DNA of 63,995 bases, counting the filler, from Basidiobolus ranarum (lineage: Eukaryota): assembly GCA_040143965.1 (NCBI GenBank). It is 6 parts of 6 records of this genome, joined end to end, with 100 filler letters (N's around TTAATTAATTAA, not from the genome) between each part and the next. Parts side by side here need not be neighbours in the genome. Positions count along the whole stretch, not along the records: positions 32,237 to 42,862 come from JASJQH010007560.1; positions 42,963 to 53,584 come from JASJQH010007561.1; 4 more parts are not named here. One strand, 5' to 3'. The translations under genes were made by a program, and so were the position numbers. Positions 38,302 to 51,702 of this stretch are shown piece after piece. Position 1 is the stretch's first letter. Every line of letters begins with the position of its first letter. The notes below the pieces were generated by a model. That model saw only the letters and a list, made by a program, of their open reading frames with translations, had not been told where the DNA came from and ran no database searches.

Positions 38302-41300
38302 TTGAGCTTCTCCTGCATAAACCTTCACTTGGATTTAACAAGATTGCTATATAAATCACATCCTAGCGAGAGTACTCCACATTAGCTAATTTAAACCATC
38401 GCAAATCTACCACACTAAGCAAATCAAATAAATGAAAATATTACCACAACAGAACGGTTACTTGATTTTCACTTTGCGCTTCAATGCATCCTTAGTATTA
38501 GGGAAATATGAAAGCAATGAGCCCTTTAACGCCGATGGTCAAGTAGGTAGTTTTTGGAGATCTCAAGATCGACCAAACGCACTGCATCTCAAAACGAGTA
38601 TGGAATATTGCAAGGGTTGAAATTGGATGTCGATGTAGGAGAGGGTTAGGTGGATCTTCAGCGCTTGGTGCCACCATATGGATGCAAAGAAAAATCACAT
38701 CAACTCTAATTCCACGACATTGAATGAACCCAAATCGGGCTACGTACATGAGTACTTACCAAGGGTTTAAGACGAGGATGGTACGAAAGTGGTGCAATCA
38801 CCAATACAATTAGAGAAAGGGAAAGATATGTTGATTGTGCGTTGCTGTAGTCAGAGATTGTGGATTTCTCATTGAATAGAGTTTCTCAAACCCTAAGAGA
38901 TCCAATACCTTCGACATGGATCCCAACGCCGCCAAGAGATCGACTTGAGTGTAGGCAACGCGGTGTCGCATTCAATCTTTCTGATAATCCTTCCCCAAAT
39001 CTATCATTTTGTCACTGGTAGCGTTCTCAGTCCATCGGAGAAAATCCCTATTTTGCGAGAACTGTGCGATTCCGTCGGGGTAATACAGTGGGGCGCATGA
39101 GCATTCCGAAGGTTCCTTTCGACATAATGGCATGCTGTGTAAGAAGCAGACAAGTTGTAGTACTGTTTAGATTCCATTTTTATTGGGTTTCAAAATTCAT
39201 TAAAATTCTCTCGATAGGGATGGGGTTACCTGCGGAGTAGGCCAAGAACGTTGAAATCACTTCGGCCAAGCACTTGTATGTGGCTACAACTCGCACATGA
39301 TTGTTGCGGCGAATAAGCAATGTTCTCTGTTAAACAGATCCGACACCCCAAAATGTTTAACTTGGGAAGAGAAAGTGCATATTTATCCCATTTGCTGATT
39401 TCACCATTACACAAACCTATTATCATGCTCATCAAGCATTCTAAGAATCAGCAATGTGTACGAGTGATGCCACCTCAGCTCTCCCGATTTTCGTGATGTA
39501 CAAATAACGAGATCTAATCATCCACCTGCTGATTGGCCAAAAGAATCAATCGAGATTCCTTCGACCATCTTCGGCCTCGCGCAGATTGATCCTCGCTGGC
39601 GATGGATATATCACTCCACGCACGATATCACAACAAATATGCCGCTATGTCTGATTACTGCCTATTTGTTAGATTTCCGCGAGCTATCATATCACGTGAA
39701 TCTGCAGACTCAACTGACTGGTTACACGCGCTACTTGTTGAGACTTGGACTTTCATTAAATAGAGTATGCATCTGCAAGCCCATTAGGTTAGCGACCTAC
39801 CAACCACCAGGGTCGGACGTGAATGAATGGATCCTCAAGATCAAAGGTTAGGGTTAGGGTGCCTTCTATGTCTAGGTGAATTGGGGTGGGTTAGTGGGTG
39901 AGGATTTTCAGCTGCCACTTCCAAGTCATGTCTTACAGTGTGTCCATGTTTACTAAACAGAGTTCCTGGGCCAATCGGGGTTCTCTGCTTACTCCAGAGC
40001 TCCCATTTCGAAGTGTAAACACCATCATGTATGATCACTCAGACCAATCGGTGCGTTCGTGCAGAACATACCTTACCATCTTAAGGTCTCTCAGGGAGTT
40101 CATTCGTTACCTAAAGTGATCCCAATGCTCAACTGTCTGCATTTAACGATGCTGGCTTGTACGGTTCTCTCATATCCGTTGATTCAGACTAGGTGGTACA
40201 CTCTTTTAACTCTTCCCAACATTTAGTAGACTAGTACTACTTGGCGTATGATATTTTAAAGCTTGTGGCTCAAGAGGGCTCGGTGTTAAGGTGAAGTTTT
40301 GCGCAATTAGCCAGGGTCGTCGTAGTGCAATAGATTTGGTGCGAAAAGCATGGTTCTCCATGAATTAAATCGGCATACCACCATTTTAGAAGTCAATGGC
40401 CACTACAAACTCCAACAAGTGGCCTCTTTCGCACTTTTATTTTGAAAAGGACAACAATGAGCATCCATCGAGATGATCCAACTTTCTACAAAAGAATTCT
40501 TCAATAGAGTAAATGCTTTGGAATTATTGCATATGATGTCAACGTTGATCGATTCAGCAGTCATATCATAGCGGATGTGGATTGGTTGACTTAATAAACA
40601 CACCTCGCCAATATGCTAACCGTCAGCAAATCTCTTTCGTCCAATTGATCCATGACCTAATTCGGATATCATGGCAATCTGTACGTTTCTGATGACCATA
40701 CTTATATGATCACCATGGTATCCTCGCAGTATCCAGTATCTCCACTAGATTTGAGTTGAATAATGTGACCGCTTTGCCTTCCATCATTGGATATCTTCAT
40801 TATTCAGTCAACCAAGCGCGTACGTTTGGAGTTATACTGAATGCACTGGATTCATCGGGAGAGATGCAAAGAAACTCAAATGCAAAATCTATGGAATATC
40901 CAAGTGTAAATCTAGATTGCATCACTACTACGACCATCTCTATGGACCCTCTAGACTGGCTCTACCATGGGATAATCTTTTTTATCCCAGTTGGCGTTAC
41001 GCATGTGAATCCTGGATATTTGCAATGTGAATATTCGGCCCATTTGTTCTGGTTATTAATCAGGTAAACTACTGGGAAACCCTTGAAGGGACTATGTCAA
41101 TGTTCTGGAGCATTATACACTGTGAGTTAACCCGAACAAGTGACCCTGACTTATGCATCATGCTATATAACCAATGTGGGTTAGGATTAATATTGGATTT
41201 GCCACATAAATATTTATGCTGGTAAAAATATATACCCAGGTACTCCTTAGGAGGGAGTATCACTTCCAACATAAATATAAGGTTTTTCATATTTCATGGT

Positions 41301-42298
41301 ATACAAAAGTATCGGATTATTTAGTTATATCCGTGCCTTTAATAACTGGGGTCAGAGCTATTCTTTGTTTATATTCTTGTTAGATTGTAATATTTTCAAT
41401 ATGGGTTATGACCCTCAACATTCAAACTCTCATTCTCATAACATTTGAGTGATATTGGAATTTAATACTCCATTTTTTACTACTAAAGATTAAAATCATG
41501 ATTACAAGAGTAAATGGTTTTCTGCAACATGTGATCAATCAATACTAAATACATAGTTTATAGATGCAACATTTAATTTTTTACATGTTAGTCAGATAGC
41601 TTGGTAATTACCATATATTTGAAAGATTATATGTCAATACTATGTACATTAGTAAAGAATTGTAACCTGCAAGATGTAACTCCTAAATTAAATGACCAAG
41701 TCAGCAATTCTGATCTTAAACATATTCACACAGGGACATATTTTACTTTGGCCATTATTCTAAACAAAACGCTCACAAACATCATTGGACAATTTTCTTC
41801 TTTATTGGGTGAAAAGAATTCACTCTGCTCTTACTACATCTTAAAGTATTTATGTAGCTATTGGAAAAAAATACTATTAGTGTGCTCAGAAAGTTGCAAA
41901 GAAATGAATCTGCAAAAGTAAATCAGCCGTTTGAAATATCCAGGAGTTTGTGTAATAAGATATTTTAGATAAGTTGGGGTAATGATACCAAAGCTTAAGC
42001 TAATGAACTAACAAGTGAAGGTCATACTGGACTAAAATAGTCTATGTTACTTCCAGTCTCCCCAACACACTGGTGCATTTGACTAGCATCACCAGTGTAA
42101 TCATCTCCAAGTCTTCATATTTCATTTTGACTCAATATATATATAAGATAAGATGTACTTCATGTATGGATTAGTGATAGCAAAATGTCTATCAAAACTA
42201 AGAGGTAGTTATTAAGTTAGCCTCAGCTCATTATCTATATTGTTTAAGTTTATTATCTTTGTCTGAAGATTTATTGAAATATTGGCATATGCATATAT

Positions 42299-42626
42299 TT
42301 TTAAAGTATTTTGGGAGCCAGTTGGAAGTTGTTTGGAGAAATGGCGAAATTGGTGGTTTTCACTTATTGACTTATTGAGTAGAGAGTGGACATTTAAAGA
42401 TTTGTCACAATGTAAGCCAAATAATATGTAGCATGTGCTAAGGAAAATCTCAGGAACATGTATGCAAAGCTTAATGCTTCTAGCACAAGTTTGAAAAATA
42501 TATATATCTGGGAACTTCCAAGTAAATTCTGATTGAGAAAAGTGAGTGATATCTTAGTGAAATATAGGATAACTAAATACTAAGCAATATATATTGCTAT
42601 ATAGATGCTTAGGAAATGCTAATTTT
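42299..42626 (-). mobile_element. Degenerate solo-LTR copy
   Basis: Co-linear with 27648-27958 (AAAGTATTTTGGGAGCC...AATTGGTGGTTTTCACTTATTGA...GGATAACTAAATACTAAGC); termini eroded. Confidence 0.85.
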
Positions 42627-42862
42627 GCTGCAGGATCTTGACATAATGGGGGTAGACTTTGTGTATTAGAAGCAACTTATGATAGTGTGCTTTAGTTACT
42701 TTATTCTTAAGGGTATATGGTGACTTATATAGTAGAAAAGTAAATCAATTGCTTGAGATATTCAGGACTTTGTTTAATAAGATATGATAGATAAGTGGGG
42801 GTAATAAGACATACTTGTTAAATAGATATAGAGATATTTCTATTTAGAATATAGGGGCTATA

Positions 42863-42962
42863 NNNNNNNNNNNNNNNNNNNNNNNNNNNNNNNNNNNNNN
42901 NNNNNNTTAATTAATTAANNNNNNNNNNNNNNNNNNNNNNNNNNNNNNNNNNNNNNNNNNNN
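42863..42962. other. Artificial contig linker
   Basis: N44-TTAATTAATTAA-N44. Confidence 0.98.
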
Positions 42963-43940
42963 ATACCGAGATATTCCATATTATCGGAGAATAATGCCCT
43001 CTCTAGCTCTTGCAAGATTCCTACGGTCTAAACATCTTACCTGAGCTCTCTATTTTTATAAATGACGGAGCGATACATAATAAATCTTTCAATTAGAATC
43101 CTTGTTGGACAATGTATATGACGGGCTGAATGAAGGCTAGAGCAGAAAGCTGTGTCTGCTTACCAATGGTCGACATACAACCCACCTAATTTATCAAGCG
43201 ATTAACCGAATGTTCTCCGGCAGATCGTGGCATGCGTTACCACAAAAACGTGGTAACATGGAATCGAGCTATATTTCTAATCTCCGTTTAGATCACCGAG
43301 CTTACAATATTCACGCTTTTCCTGTAATAGGATAGATTAGTAAGGGTTAGAGTGGCGAGGGAGGGAGATGGTACGGCACGTCCCTCTACTCAAACATATC
43401 CATAGTGGTTATTGCGGATGGATCCAGGTTATACTAGATCATTGAAGGGCTACATGCGATCTCGTTAAATCGTGGGTAGAATCCAGTATGATCCCAGCTG
43501 TGATCATGTAGTGGAAGATTGGTTGGGTTGCAACCAATTTAAACTTGGGTCATGCTAGCGTTGATGAGTGGTGTTTCAAAGCACCTCTTTCCTGTCCGAT
43601 TGTTATTGATACTCATTTTAAACGGGGTTTGACTGTTGATGACTTATGTAGCGTCCATTGTGCACCATTCGATTTGTATACCCTTCATGAGCAATGGGCA
43701 CTGGAATTAATACGCCAATGGCGAATTCTTGAAATCATTTCCGCATTTAGCATCTGATTGGGCACGCATGTAAGCACCAAAAGCTGATATTAATCAGCAG
43801 AAAAATATCGAGAAAATTCAAATACTTTTCTGCAGTATACTGATCGTCCCAATATGACTCATCCCGAATGATTCCATATCCAGGTGGCTCACATATATAA
43901 GGAATGTGAGGAATAGGCGGTAGTTGTATTAACACCCACC

Positions 43941-44420
43941 ATGCGACATCTCTTCCTCTTGTCGTTTACACTTGCTCAATCCTTATCAATTTCGTGCCAA
44001 TCCTCCTTAGAAGCCAATGCGAAGTTGGAAGCTTCCGCTACTAAGAACGGATTCACCTATATTCTTGGTGGATTACTGTCAGTAGCAGTGGTAATCTTGG
44101 CGGCAATTTATTTCGCATATCGAGGATGGAAAAACTATTTAAACCGCAAGGAGTCTCAGCGTAGAATTCGACTTGCTCTTAATGACCATAAACTGTATCC
44201 ATCAACAAACAACACGGAGCTGCCGCCCTATTCATTTCGGGCATCTCAGGTAACTCTACCGGGTGTAATGGTACAAGCGATCTCCGAGAAAACCCGGACG
44301 AGATTCATGACCAGCTCAACATGCGCTCTCGAAGATCAGATTGAAGTGATCATTGATGGCTCATATTGCCAACAACAGCGATCCATAATATCACCACCCC
44401 CACCTGTATATAATGCCTGA
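43941..44420 (+). CDS. Single-pass type I membrane protein with C-terminal PPxY; paralog of 46207-46671
   Basis: Signal-like N-terminus, TM YILGGLLSVAVVILAAIYFAY, basic juxtamembrane, LPPY and PPPPVY. Confidence 0.78.
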   Translation: MRHLFLLSFTLAQSLSISCQSSLEANAKLEASATKNGFTYILGGLLSVAVVILAAIYFAYRGWKNYLNRKESQRRIRLALNDHKLYPSTNNTELPPYSFRASQVTLPGVMVQAISEKTRTRFMTSSTCALEDQIEVIIDGSYCQQQRSIISPPPPVYNA

Positions 44421-46206
44421 TCCGTCTCCCTGTTAGATATAGATGTGCCAATCCACTTACAAATAGCAGTGTTTACCTAAGCTTCTCACAGATCACCACC
44501 GTCCCTTGTATATTTATTTGGATGGCTATTATAAATTAAATAGTATCGGAGAATTTATTACCATTAATATTGTATACATGTGGCTAGTTTGGGATCGATT
44601 GATGCCTTTGCATTGACTATGCATTGTCATCGTTTAAGTCAAGCTCAGTAGTTTTCCAAGCATAAGAGCAAATGGAGAGGCTAGTATTTTGGCGTTGCTT
44701 ACATCGTCAAGATTCCCAACACTGAGTGCTATGAAGTATACTCGGTATACATCATTTAAAGCATTGAAACATTGCCGGTCAATCATCTTATAGGTCCGAA
44801 AGCGTGCTGCTTCCAGCGGATTCTTGCTCATTGAATTCGTTTATTGCAATCGGCCGCGTAATATCAGCGCCGACTTTCATGAAAGTGCATGTTACGGAGA
44901 ATGATTATAGCAGTTATGATGTCAACGGCTTACATATGTTTCAAAGTAGAAAAGTCATTATTTGGTTTGCTAGTGCTGTATCATATGCATATAACCTAGT
45001 TGGGAGGAGCTCAAGGACTGTCATCATAGCAGTGTATTGCTGGCATCTCTTTGGACTACACTTTCGTCATAGCCTCTCGATATTTTTCTGAATCAACCCT
45101 CCGGTGGTTTGAGGAAGTTTGACTCGATAATACTTTGTCAGCTTTATGACGAAGTTCGATACTCCATGATTTGAATCGGAAAAGAAAGCTTAACCAAGTT
45201 GACAAATCCATTGCAGATCGAAAATGCTATAACGAATCCCTCCATACCTTATACGAATGATGATCCCCGATCTCAACTAAAGATCCGATCATGGATCGTG
45301 CGCCATTAGAATACGATTTTCCGGGATAGATTATCTTCGTATAAGGGCTTAAGGTGGCCCCCTAATGACATTCACCTGGCCTTAGAGCGAACAGAAATAT
45401 CTGGAAATTCTGTCCTAAGTAAAGCACCGGTGTCCCTACTTAAAAGCATCCTTCCAGTTGGGTTTTGTTTTGCCTCAACTCAACCAAGTTTATATATGAT
45501 TAACTCAGTCTCTGGTTAATAACATGGTGAGCAAGAAACGTCTCCTACAATTAGGGAGAGTTCGAGTGGCGCCGTTCCTCTCGTCTCACCCTTTTTTCTG
45601 AATCTCACCCCTTCTTTTAATATTCATTTGATGCATTTGATCTTCATCTAAGGATATTCATTTCATATTCATTGAAACTAATCTATTCTATATGGAAATC
45701 TACCATTTCAAATCAACTCGAACGCTAATTTTCCTTTTATGCTTTCTACGAGGGGAAGGTGGAAACTAATCATCTTTGCCTTGCCTTTTGTGAGCAACCA
45801 CTGCCTGAGCGATCGTGATGTCACGTAATTTCATATCCCATTTTGCAAGCTCAATACTATGCCGTGTATCCCCCACCTGTAATGCCATATAACATCCTAC
45901 AAATGGTAAGGACCGTGGATTCAATTCAACTGGTTCATTCTTCAAAAGATTGGTAGAGGTGGTAGGTTTACTTACAAGAAATATACCAAGGAAATCCCAT
46001 TACATTGAGAGCGTATGTCACATAGATGCCGAATAATTATATATCTACATAGAACGAAGGTTCAACATTCGTTTGCATAGTAGAGAAGTCTAATGCAACT
46101 TCATGCGGAGCTATTCTTAAGGCGATACCCACACAAGGCGTCAGGAGGTAAAGGTGGTAAGAATGAGGGCACAATCCAGCTAGGATGAATGCATCGCGAA
46201 TTTCCT

Positions 46207-46671
46207 CTACGTACTTACCCTCTGTGTAGAATTAGTATAGGAGGGTGGTAATGCTACTACTTCTGAGTTGTCTAGATTTCTTGAAGTGGATGGCCGACTA
46301 CTGTCGTCTATCTCAATCGCTACTTGGTGGTTTTTAGAAGAACGTTTCCACGCTTTCTCAGTAATTTCGGTGACAGTGGTAAGTGGTAAGGTCAGTTGGG
46401 AGCTTTTCTTCAAGTATCTTGGTGGATTTTCCTCATCACGAGTGGCATAAATACTTCCATTGTAAATATGTCCATCTAATGCTATCTTAACCCTTCGCTG
46501 GATCTCTCTATGAAGGCGAAACTTTTTCCACCAGAAATATGCTGCAATGAATAGGGTCAAACAGGCCAGAGTAGCTCCAGCTATAACAAAGAATAAATAA
46601 TCATTGGTAGAGTTGGAGGTTGAGTTCTTCATTAGGTCAGAAGTACTAGTCAAGTTGGATACTCTATTCAT
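46207..46671 (-). CDS. Single-pass membrane protein with PPRY/PPSY motifs; paralog of 43941-44420
   Basis: First ATG at 46671; N-glycosylation sequons upstream of TM FFVIAGATLACLTLFIAAYFWW; shares QRR.(R/K).AL..H, SQ.TLP and I(S/T)EK. Confidence 0.78.
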   Translation of the reverse strand: MNRVSNLTSTSDLMKNSTSNSTNDYLFFVIAGATLACLTLFIAAYFWWKKFRLHREIQRRVKIALDGHIYNGSIYATRDEENPPRYLKKSSQLTLPLTTVTEITEKAWKRSSKNHQVAIEIDDSSRPSTSRNLDNSEVVALPPSYTNSTQRVST

Positions 46672-48952
46672 CGTAGCCAAAACTATTCCTCTCAACAGCA
46701 ATTGGTAAAACAATGAAGACCAGTGAAAGACTAAAGGTAAATTGGGTATTTTTTATTTCGAGTGGGTTCAAGGGCTCCTAGATATATATCTTTTCATCCA
46801 GGCTAGAGGAATGCTAATATGCGGGGAGGGGTAAAGATTCGATCCAGAGAAATGACTGATCAACTAATCATTTCTAATGGCTACATCTCCATAAATTCTT
46901 CAGTCTTTTGATGTGGTCTGCAAGCTGTTTATCAAATACATTCGGACGAGTTGGATCCGTTCATCCAGCCTAATAAATGAAGCGTTCTAAATACTCATCA
47001 TATGTAGAGGATTTGGGTAATTAAAGTATTCAACCAAAACATAATTAAATTATATTAAAATCAAAGACCTCATATACCTGGATCCCTAAAATGAGCCCGT
47101 ATGAGAGGTGTTCGAGGATCCTCATTCGATATGTCTAAACCCACAACTCACTAGCTTTCCATCCGGCTATCCAAGTAACATCACGGTATATGAGCACTTT
47201 GTGACGTCTTTGCTAGCACATCCGTCCCATATCCATATCCTAGCAGACGCATCTTGTTGGCACGAGATACACCAAATGCTTATTACGTCCTAAAAGAACA
47301 CAAGCCCTGGTTTCTTGGTTAGATACAATTTGGGCTAATTCCAGAGAGTAATATGTCCATACCTACATCCGATGCTCGGAGAATGATAGGCTCCCTTTCC
47401 CCTTTTGTACAGTAAATCCCATTAGGAGAACTGATAATGGCTACTAGAGAAACTAATACATGAACCGGTTTCAAAGATGCCTTTGCTGCTGGTGTATTTT
47501 TGGTCCCTCGTCCTCATTGTGGCTCATACTTCTTCTGTGAGGAATTCCTTGTACAGTCTGATGAGGAGATGATTGAGTGTTGACCTTAAAAACCATGCAC
47601 TAACCTCGAATTTCGTTCCTCAATGATGGGAAATTGTTTTCCAGATTGTGCCTTTATATTAAACACCCATTCATTCTCAGTTAAATCATTACCCTTAGAC
47701 CTTCCAACTTACCCAATACACTCCAACATTAGTAATACTAAAATGGGGCATTGTACAAAAGAGAATGGCTTAATAAATCCCAATTATTTAGAACCGTTCT
47801 GGCTGAGTTTTGTAGAATCAACGCTATCACCTGGCCCCTCTTTGTTTCTGACCGATAACTGGTGGAGCAGTCTGTCTTGTGATTTTTCATTCAATCATTC
47901 TCCTGGTGGATTGAAGCGCTCTTGAAGTGTTGGAAATGAAGCGGTTCACGGTTCACATGTAAGCCATAGATCCGCCGAGTTTAGCTTGAATTGTTTTCAT
48001 GCAGGAGTGAGAAAACTAACTACCCAAGATGGTTCTAAAATGAAGGTCATCATACATAAGTGCTAAGAATCATGTATCCAAAATGACTAACCGCTCAAAT
48101 AGATTCCCTTTCCGCAGTTTTAGTGCGTGACGAAAATAGAATTCCAAATATTCCGAGAGGTACCTAATTATAGACTGGACTTTAGGCATCGTACATCATC
48201 AGCTGCCAGTGCTGCCTCCAATCAGCCCTCACTTGTGCTCCGTTTTGTTTCTGACAATTGCACCCGAAAATTCACCCAGGAGGAATGCCGGGTTGAAATA
48301 TCCCTGCTATTGAATACGACGTGGCGTAATGAACAATGGGACACTCCGAGATCGCTACAAACGGCGATCTGTTGTCAACACTCCAGTGCAGCTTCATTGA
48401 TATTCAGGCCATCATTGCTGTCACGCTTGATACAATATGGTACACAATCGGCTGAATCAACCATGCACTTAAATGCTATGTTTACCAAATGGGTAGAAAG
48501 TTGCTCATGGGCAAGCTTTTTGCCGAAGAACATTCATCGGGTTGTGCAGGGAAAGAAGTATCTTTGTCCTCTCTAGCCTTAAACCAGCTAACAAATATGC
48601 ATAAAATGTGCCAATATGCATTTGGAAAGAATAATATCAAGGTCTCAGCTCAGTGCAGGTTGTAACTCCTAGTGCCGAGGTTTCTCCATTCTGTAACTAA
48701 ATTCATTGCTTAGTGCTTGGCTTGAATTACACAGATGCTAGATACAAAAAATACGGGATTTATATTGGAGTATGATGATTTCGAGTCCCTACATTCTCAA
48801 CATTGGCACGTGATACAGTTGACGAAGCACCTATCAATCTCAACCGTATTCATATTTTTACCGCAGAATATTGGAAACCTTCGACACAAACTGTATTTTG
48901 TTATGGAGGGGGCACGACATAATCAAGTAGAGGACAATCTGACACCAAGTGT

Positions 48953-49632
48953 GTGGGATATGAAGAGAATACCGAGAGTCCTTCACTTAATACTCTAGAT
49001 TTGAAGTATTACGAAATACCAGTCACCTTTGTTCGAGACAAAGGCCAGGAGACACGTCAAACATCAGAAAAAAACAATAATCCTGAAGATGTTAGTAGAT
49101 TCTACTCCGATCTGCTGGGACTTTCTTCAACTGTCGACACCTTTCCAGAGAAGAAATATACTTGGTGTGAAGTCTGTGCCACAAACATTCAATCCGAACG
49201 GTATGAAGATCATTTACGTGGCACAAGTCACTTGGTTGCTAAGCCTACGTTTGCTCCTACTCCTGATCCAATCTATTTAAATGAAAAAAATCTCGGTTAT
49301 AAAATGTTGAAAGATTCTGGTTGGGAGTATGAAGATGGTCTTGGTAAAGATAGATCCGGCCGTAGACACCCCATACCTACCAAGTTAAAGCTAGATAAAC
49401 TTGGGCTAGGACATAAATACAAAAAGAAATACGTACACGAGCAGCAGGATATTCGTGAAGCAGAACGGAGAAAGGTAATTTATTTCATGAATCTATTACT
49501 TCCCAATTAAGATCTAATTCTGATCTCTTATTTTAGAAGCACGATAGAAGAAAAACTAGGAAAGAAATCGTGGAGGAACATGAACGAGAGCGACGGAAGC
49601 GTATGGCCATGATAGCCTATATGAATCGTTAG
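48953..49632 (+). CDS. G-patch protein with U1-like zinc finger (GPANK1-like C-terminal module); 5' end uncertain
   Basis: WCEVC...HLRGTSH zinc finger; NLGYKMLKDSGWEYEDGLGKDRSGRRHPI...LGLG G-patch; intron ~49475-49537. Confidence 0.85.
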
Positions 49633-51278
49633 AACGATGCTTCGTTAATACATTTCATAATTCTGTCTATCATTGTAAACTCAAGACATGTATAATCAAT
49701 ATCATTTTTGTATACCTCTGATTTTCTCCTTCAATTCTTTCATCGAATTGGATCTATGTTGGGCTCTACAGCACTGCCAGTACCAACATCTATACCGTCT
49801 AGCAAGGTTTTTCCTTGATCCTAATCTAGGCAGTTTTGTTAAGATATACGAATGTAGAGCAGGTCACAGATCCATAATCATTTCCTATACATTTGAAAAG
49901 CCAGAAGATGCTATTAGTGAGTAGAGCTATGGATTGCGTTTCATAGTGTTCTTCTGCCTTTTCTTAATAATTTACCTCCATGTCACTTTGCTACAATCCA
50001 CTCTATGAAACCATCCTATCATGTCTTTGTCCTTCCATCCTAGTTCCCCTGCACTTGGTATTTACTTCAAAGGAGCTATTCACTGTTGGACTACTGCTTA
50101 TTTCAGTACAGGATCAAGAATTAGATAACTCAAGTAGGAGACTAGTCAGCTTGTATGGGCTGCTTTGATTAAGTCTGTTAGTGATTTAAATAAAGTATTT
50201 TCATACATTCAAGGCTTGGTGTAGTTGAGAGTGCTGGATATACTAGGCTTTTGGTAGAAACTAGGAACAAATATTGAATTCTGAAATTTGTTCAGACAAA
50301 CATTAAATAAAAAGGCTCAGCTAACTTGTTTACATTTCTGATCAAAATGAGGTAGTTAGCTCCAAGAAATCTGATTACTTTTTGAAACCACTAACACCAA
50401 TGATTGGCTAGGATTGATAATTAAACTTATTTTGTCTATCAACTAATATCTTGGGACTGAAGGATCATTTGATTGGTTTCAGATACATAGTTAGAAGTGG
50501 ACTTGGCTGATATAGTAATAAGCTTTTAACATTAGAAGGGACCAGTAGTGAATAGTAAACACACAATATTAGCTCTGTCAAATTATTGTGCAACTTTCAA
50601 GAGTTCATAAACAAGTGTTACCAGTTATTTTAGGTCTCAATACCAGAATATGATATTGGCTAAGTATCTATTTATATTATTAGAAGAATTGGATAACAAA
50701 CTACTCCTTTTTTCACTTGATTCCTAAATGTAAAAGTAACACCTATATAGCAGACTTTTTAACCAATATTTGCAAAATTAAAGATCAGTAAAGTGGAAAA
50801 AAACTTTGCTTTAGTTTGCATGAAGTATTTAGGGAGAGTGTTGCACAAAATTAGAACTAGAGGCATATTTTGCAACTTCCCTTTGTTATTTCACAAGAAA
50901 CGTAGAAATATTGAGAAATAAATCTTAAAGCTGTCCCAAAGACTATAAACATTACACCCATTTTTTTCATGACCTTCCACAATATATTCTACTACTTTGA
51001 TTTACAAAGATTGATAATTAGTGTAAGTACACTCCTTTAACTCAATAAAGTAGCAAGTAAAGAGATTTTGTAATAATAATCACTAAATCACTTTGAAGTC
51101 AAAATTCAACTTACAAAGAATACTTACAGAAGAATCATCATGCCGAAAGCATATTTTATTAGGGTATCACTTAACAAGCTGGTGGGAAAGCAGCAGCCAT
51201 GAAGCTCTGGTTTCAAGCTGAAATGTTTAGCATCCCTTTGAGCAGGTGCTTCAATGAAGTTTTCAACCCCAAGTAGAC

Positions 51279-51702
51279 CTATTTAGATGAACATACAGAA
51301 AGTGCCGGACAAACTGCCAGAGGGTCTGTGCCATTGATTAACAGTTGTACTATTGAGTCAGCATATTTATACACAAAGTTATTGCATTGCTTGGTAACAC
51401 TCTGCGGGAGATAATTGCAAACTCCATGAACAGCTTGCTGGATTTCTTCCTTGGTCGCACCATTTTTCAGCATTTCATCGATCTGTGTCATTACGAATTC
51501 ACAGATAACACAGTCTGGTGAATTGCCAGTTATCCCAGCTTTGATTGGAGACTTTCCGGAGTTAATACTGAGAGCTCCACTAACTTTCAATAAAACATAA
51601 TCAATAGGTAGATTGTGGAAAAAAGCAAAAATTACCATTTATACCGTTGCTGGAGAGAAATAATGCACTAATGGAGACAATAAGAGGTAAACTGAAACGC
51701 AT
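51279..51702 (-). CDS. Secreted single-domain saposin-like protein (SapB), 123 aa
   Basis: Exon 1 51702-51636 (MRFSLPLIVSISALFLSSNGIN), GT-AG intron 51635-51584, exon 2 with six-Cys pattern CVIC...VC.YLP....QC..FV..Y...VC....VC; TATAAATA at 51740-51747. Confidence 0.9.

Noticed and set aside
38430-41300. Possible spliced gene or retroelement remnant downstream of the P450
   Set aside because: Splice-like signals are present, but I could not assemble a stop-free model or find RT/integrase motifs.
48127-48576. 149-codon plus-strand ORF
   Set aside because: Non-ATG start, no recognisable motif and no supporting gene structure.
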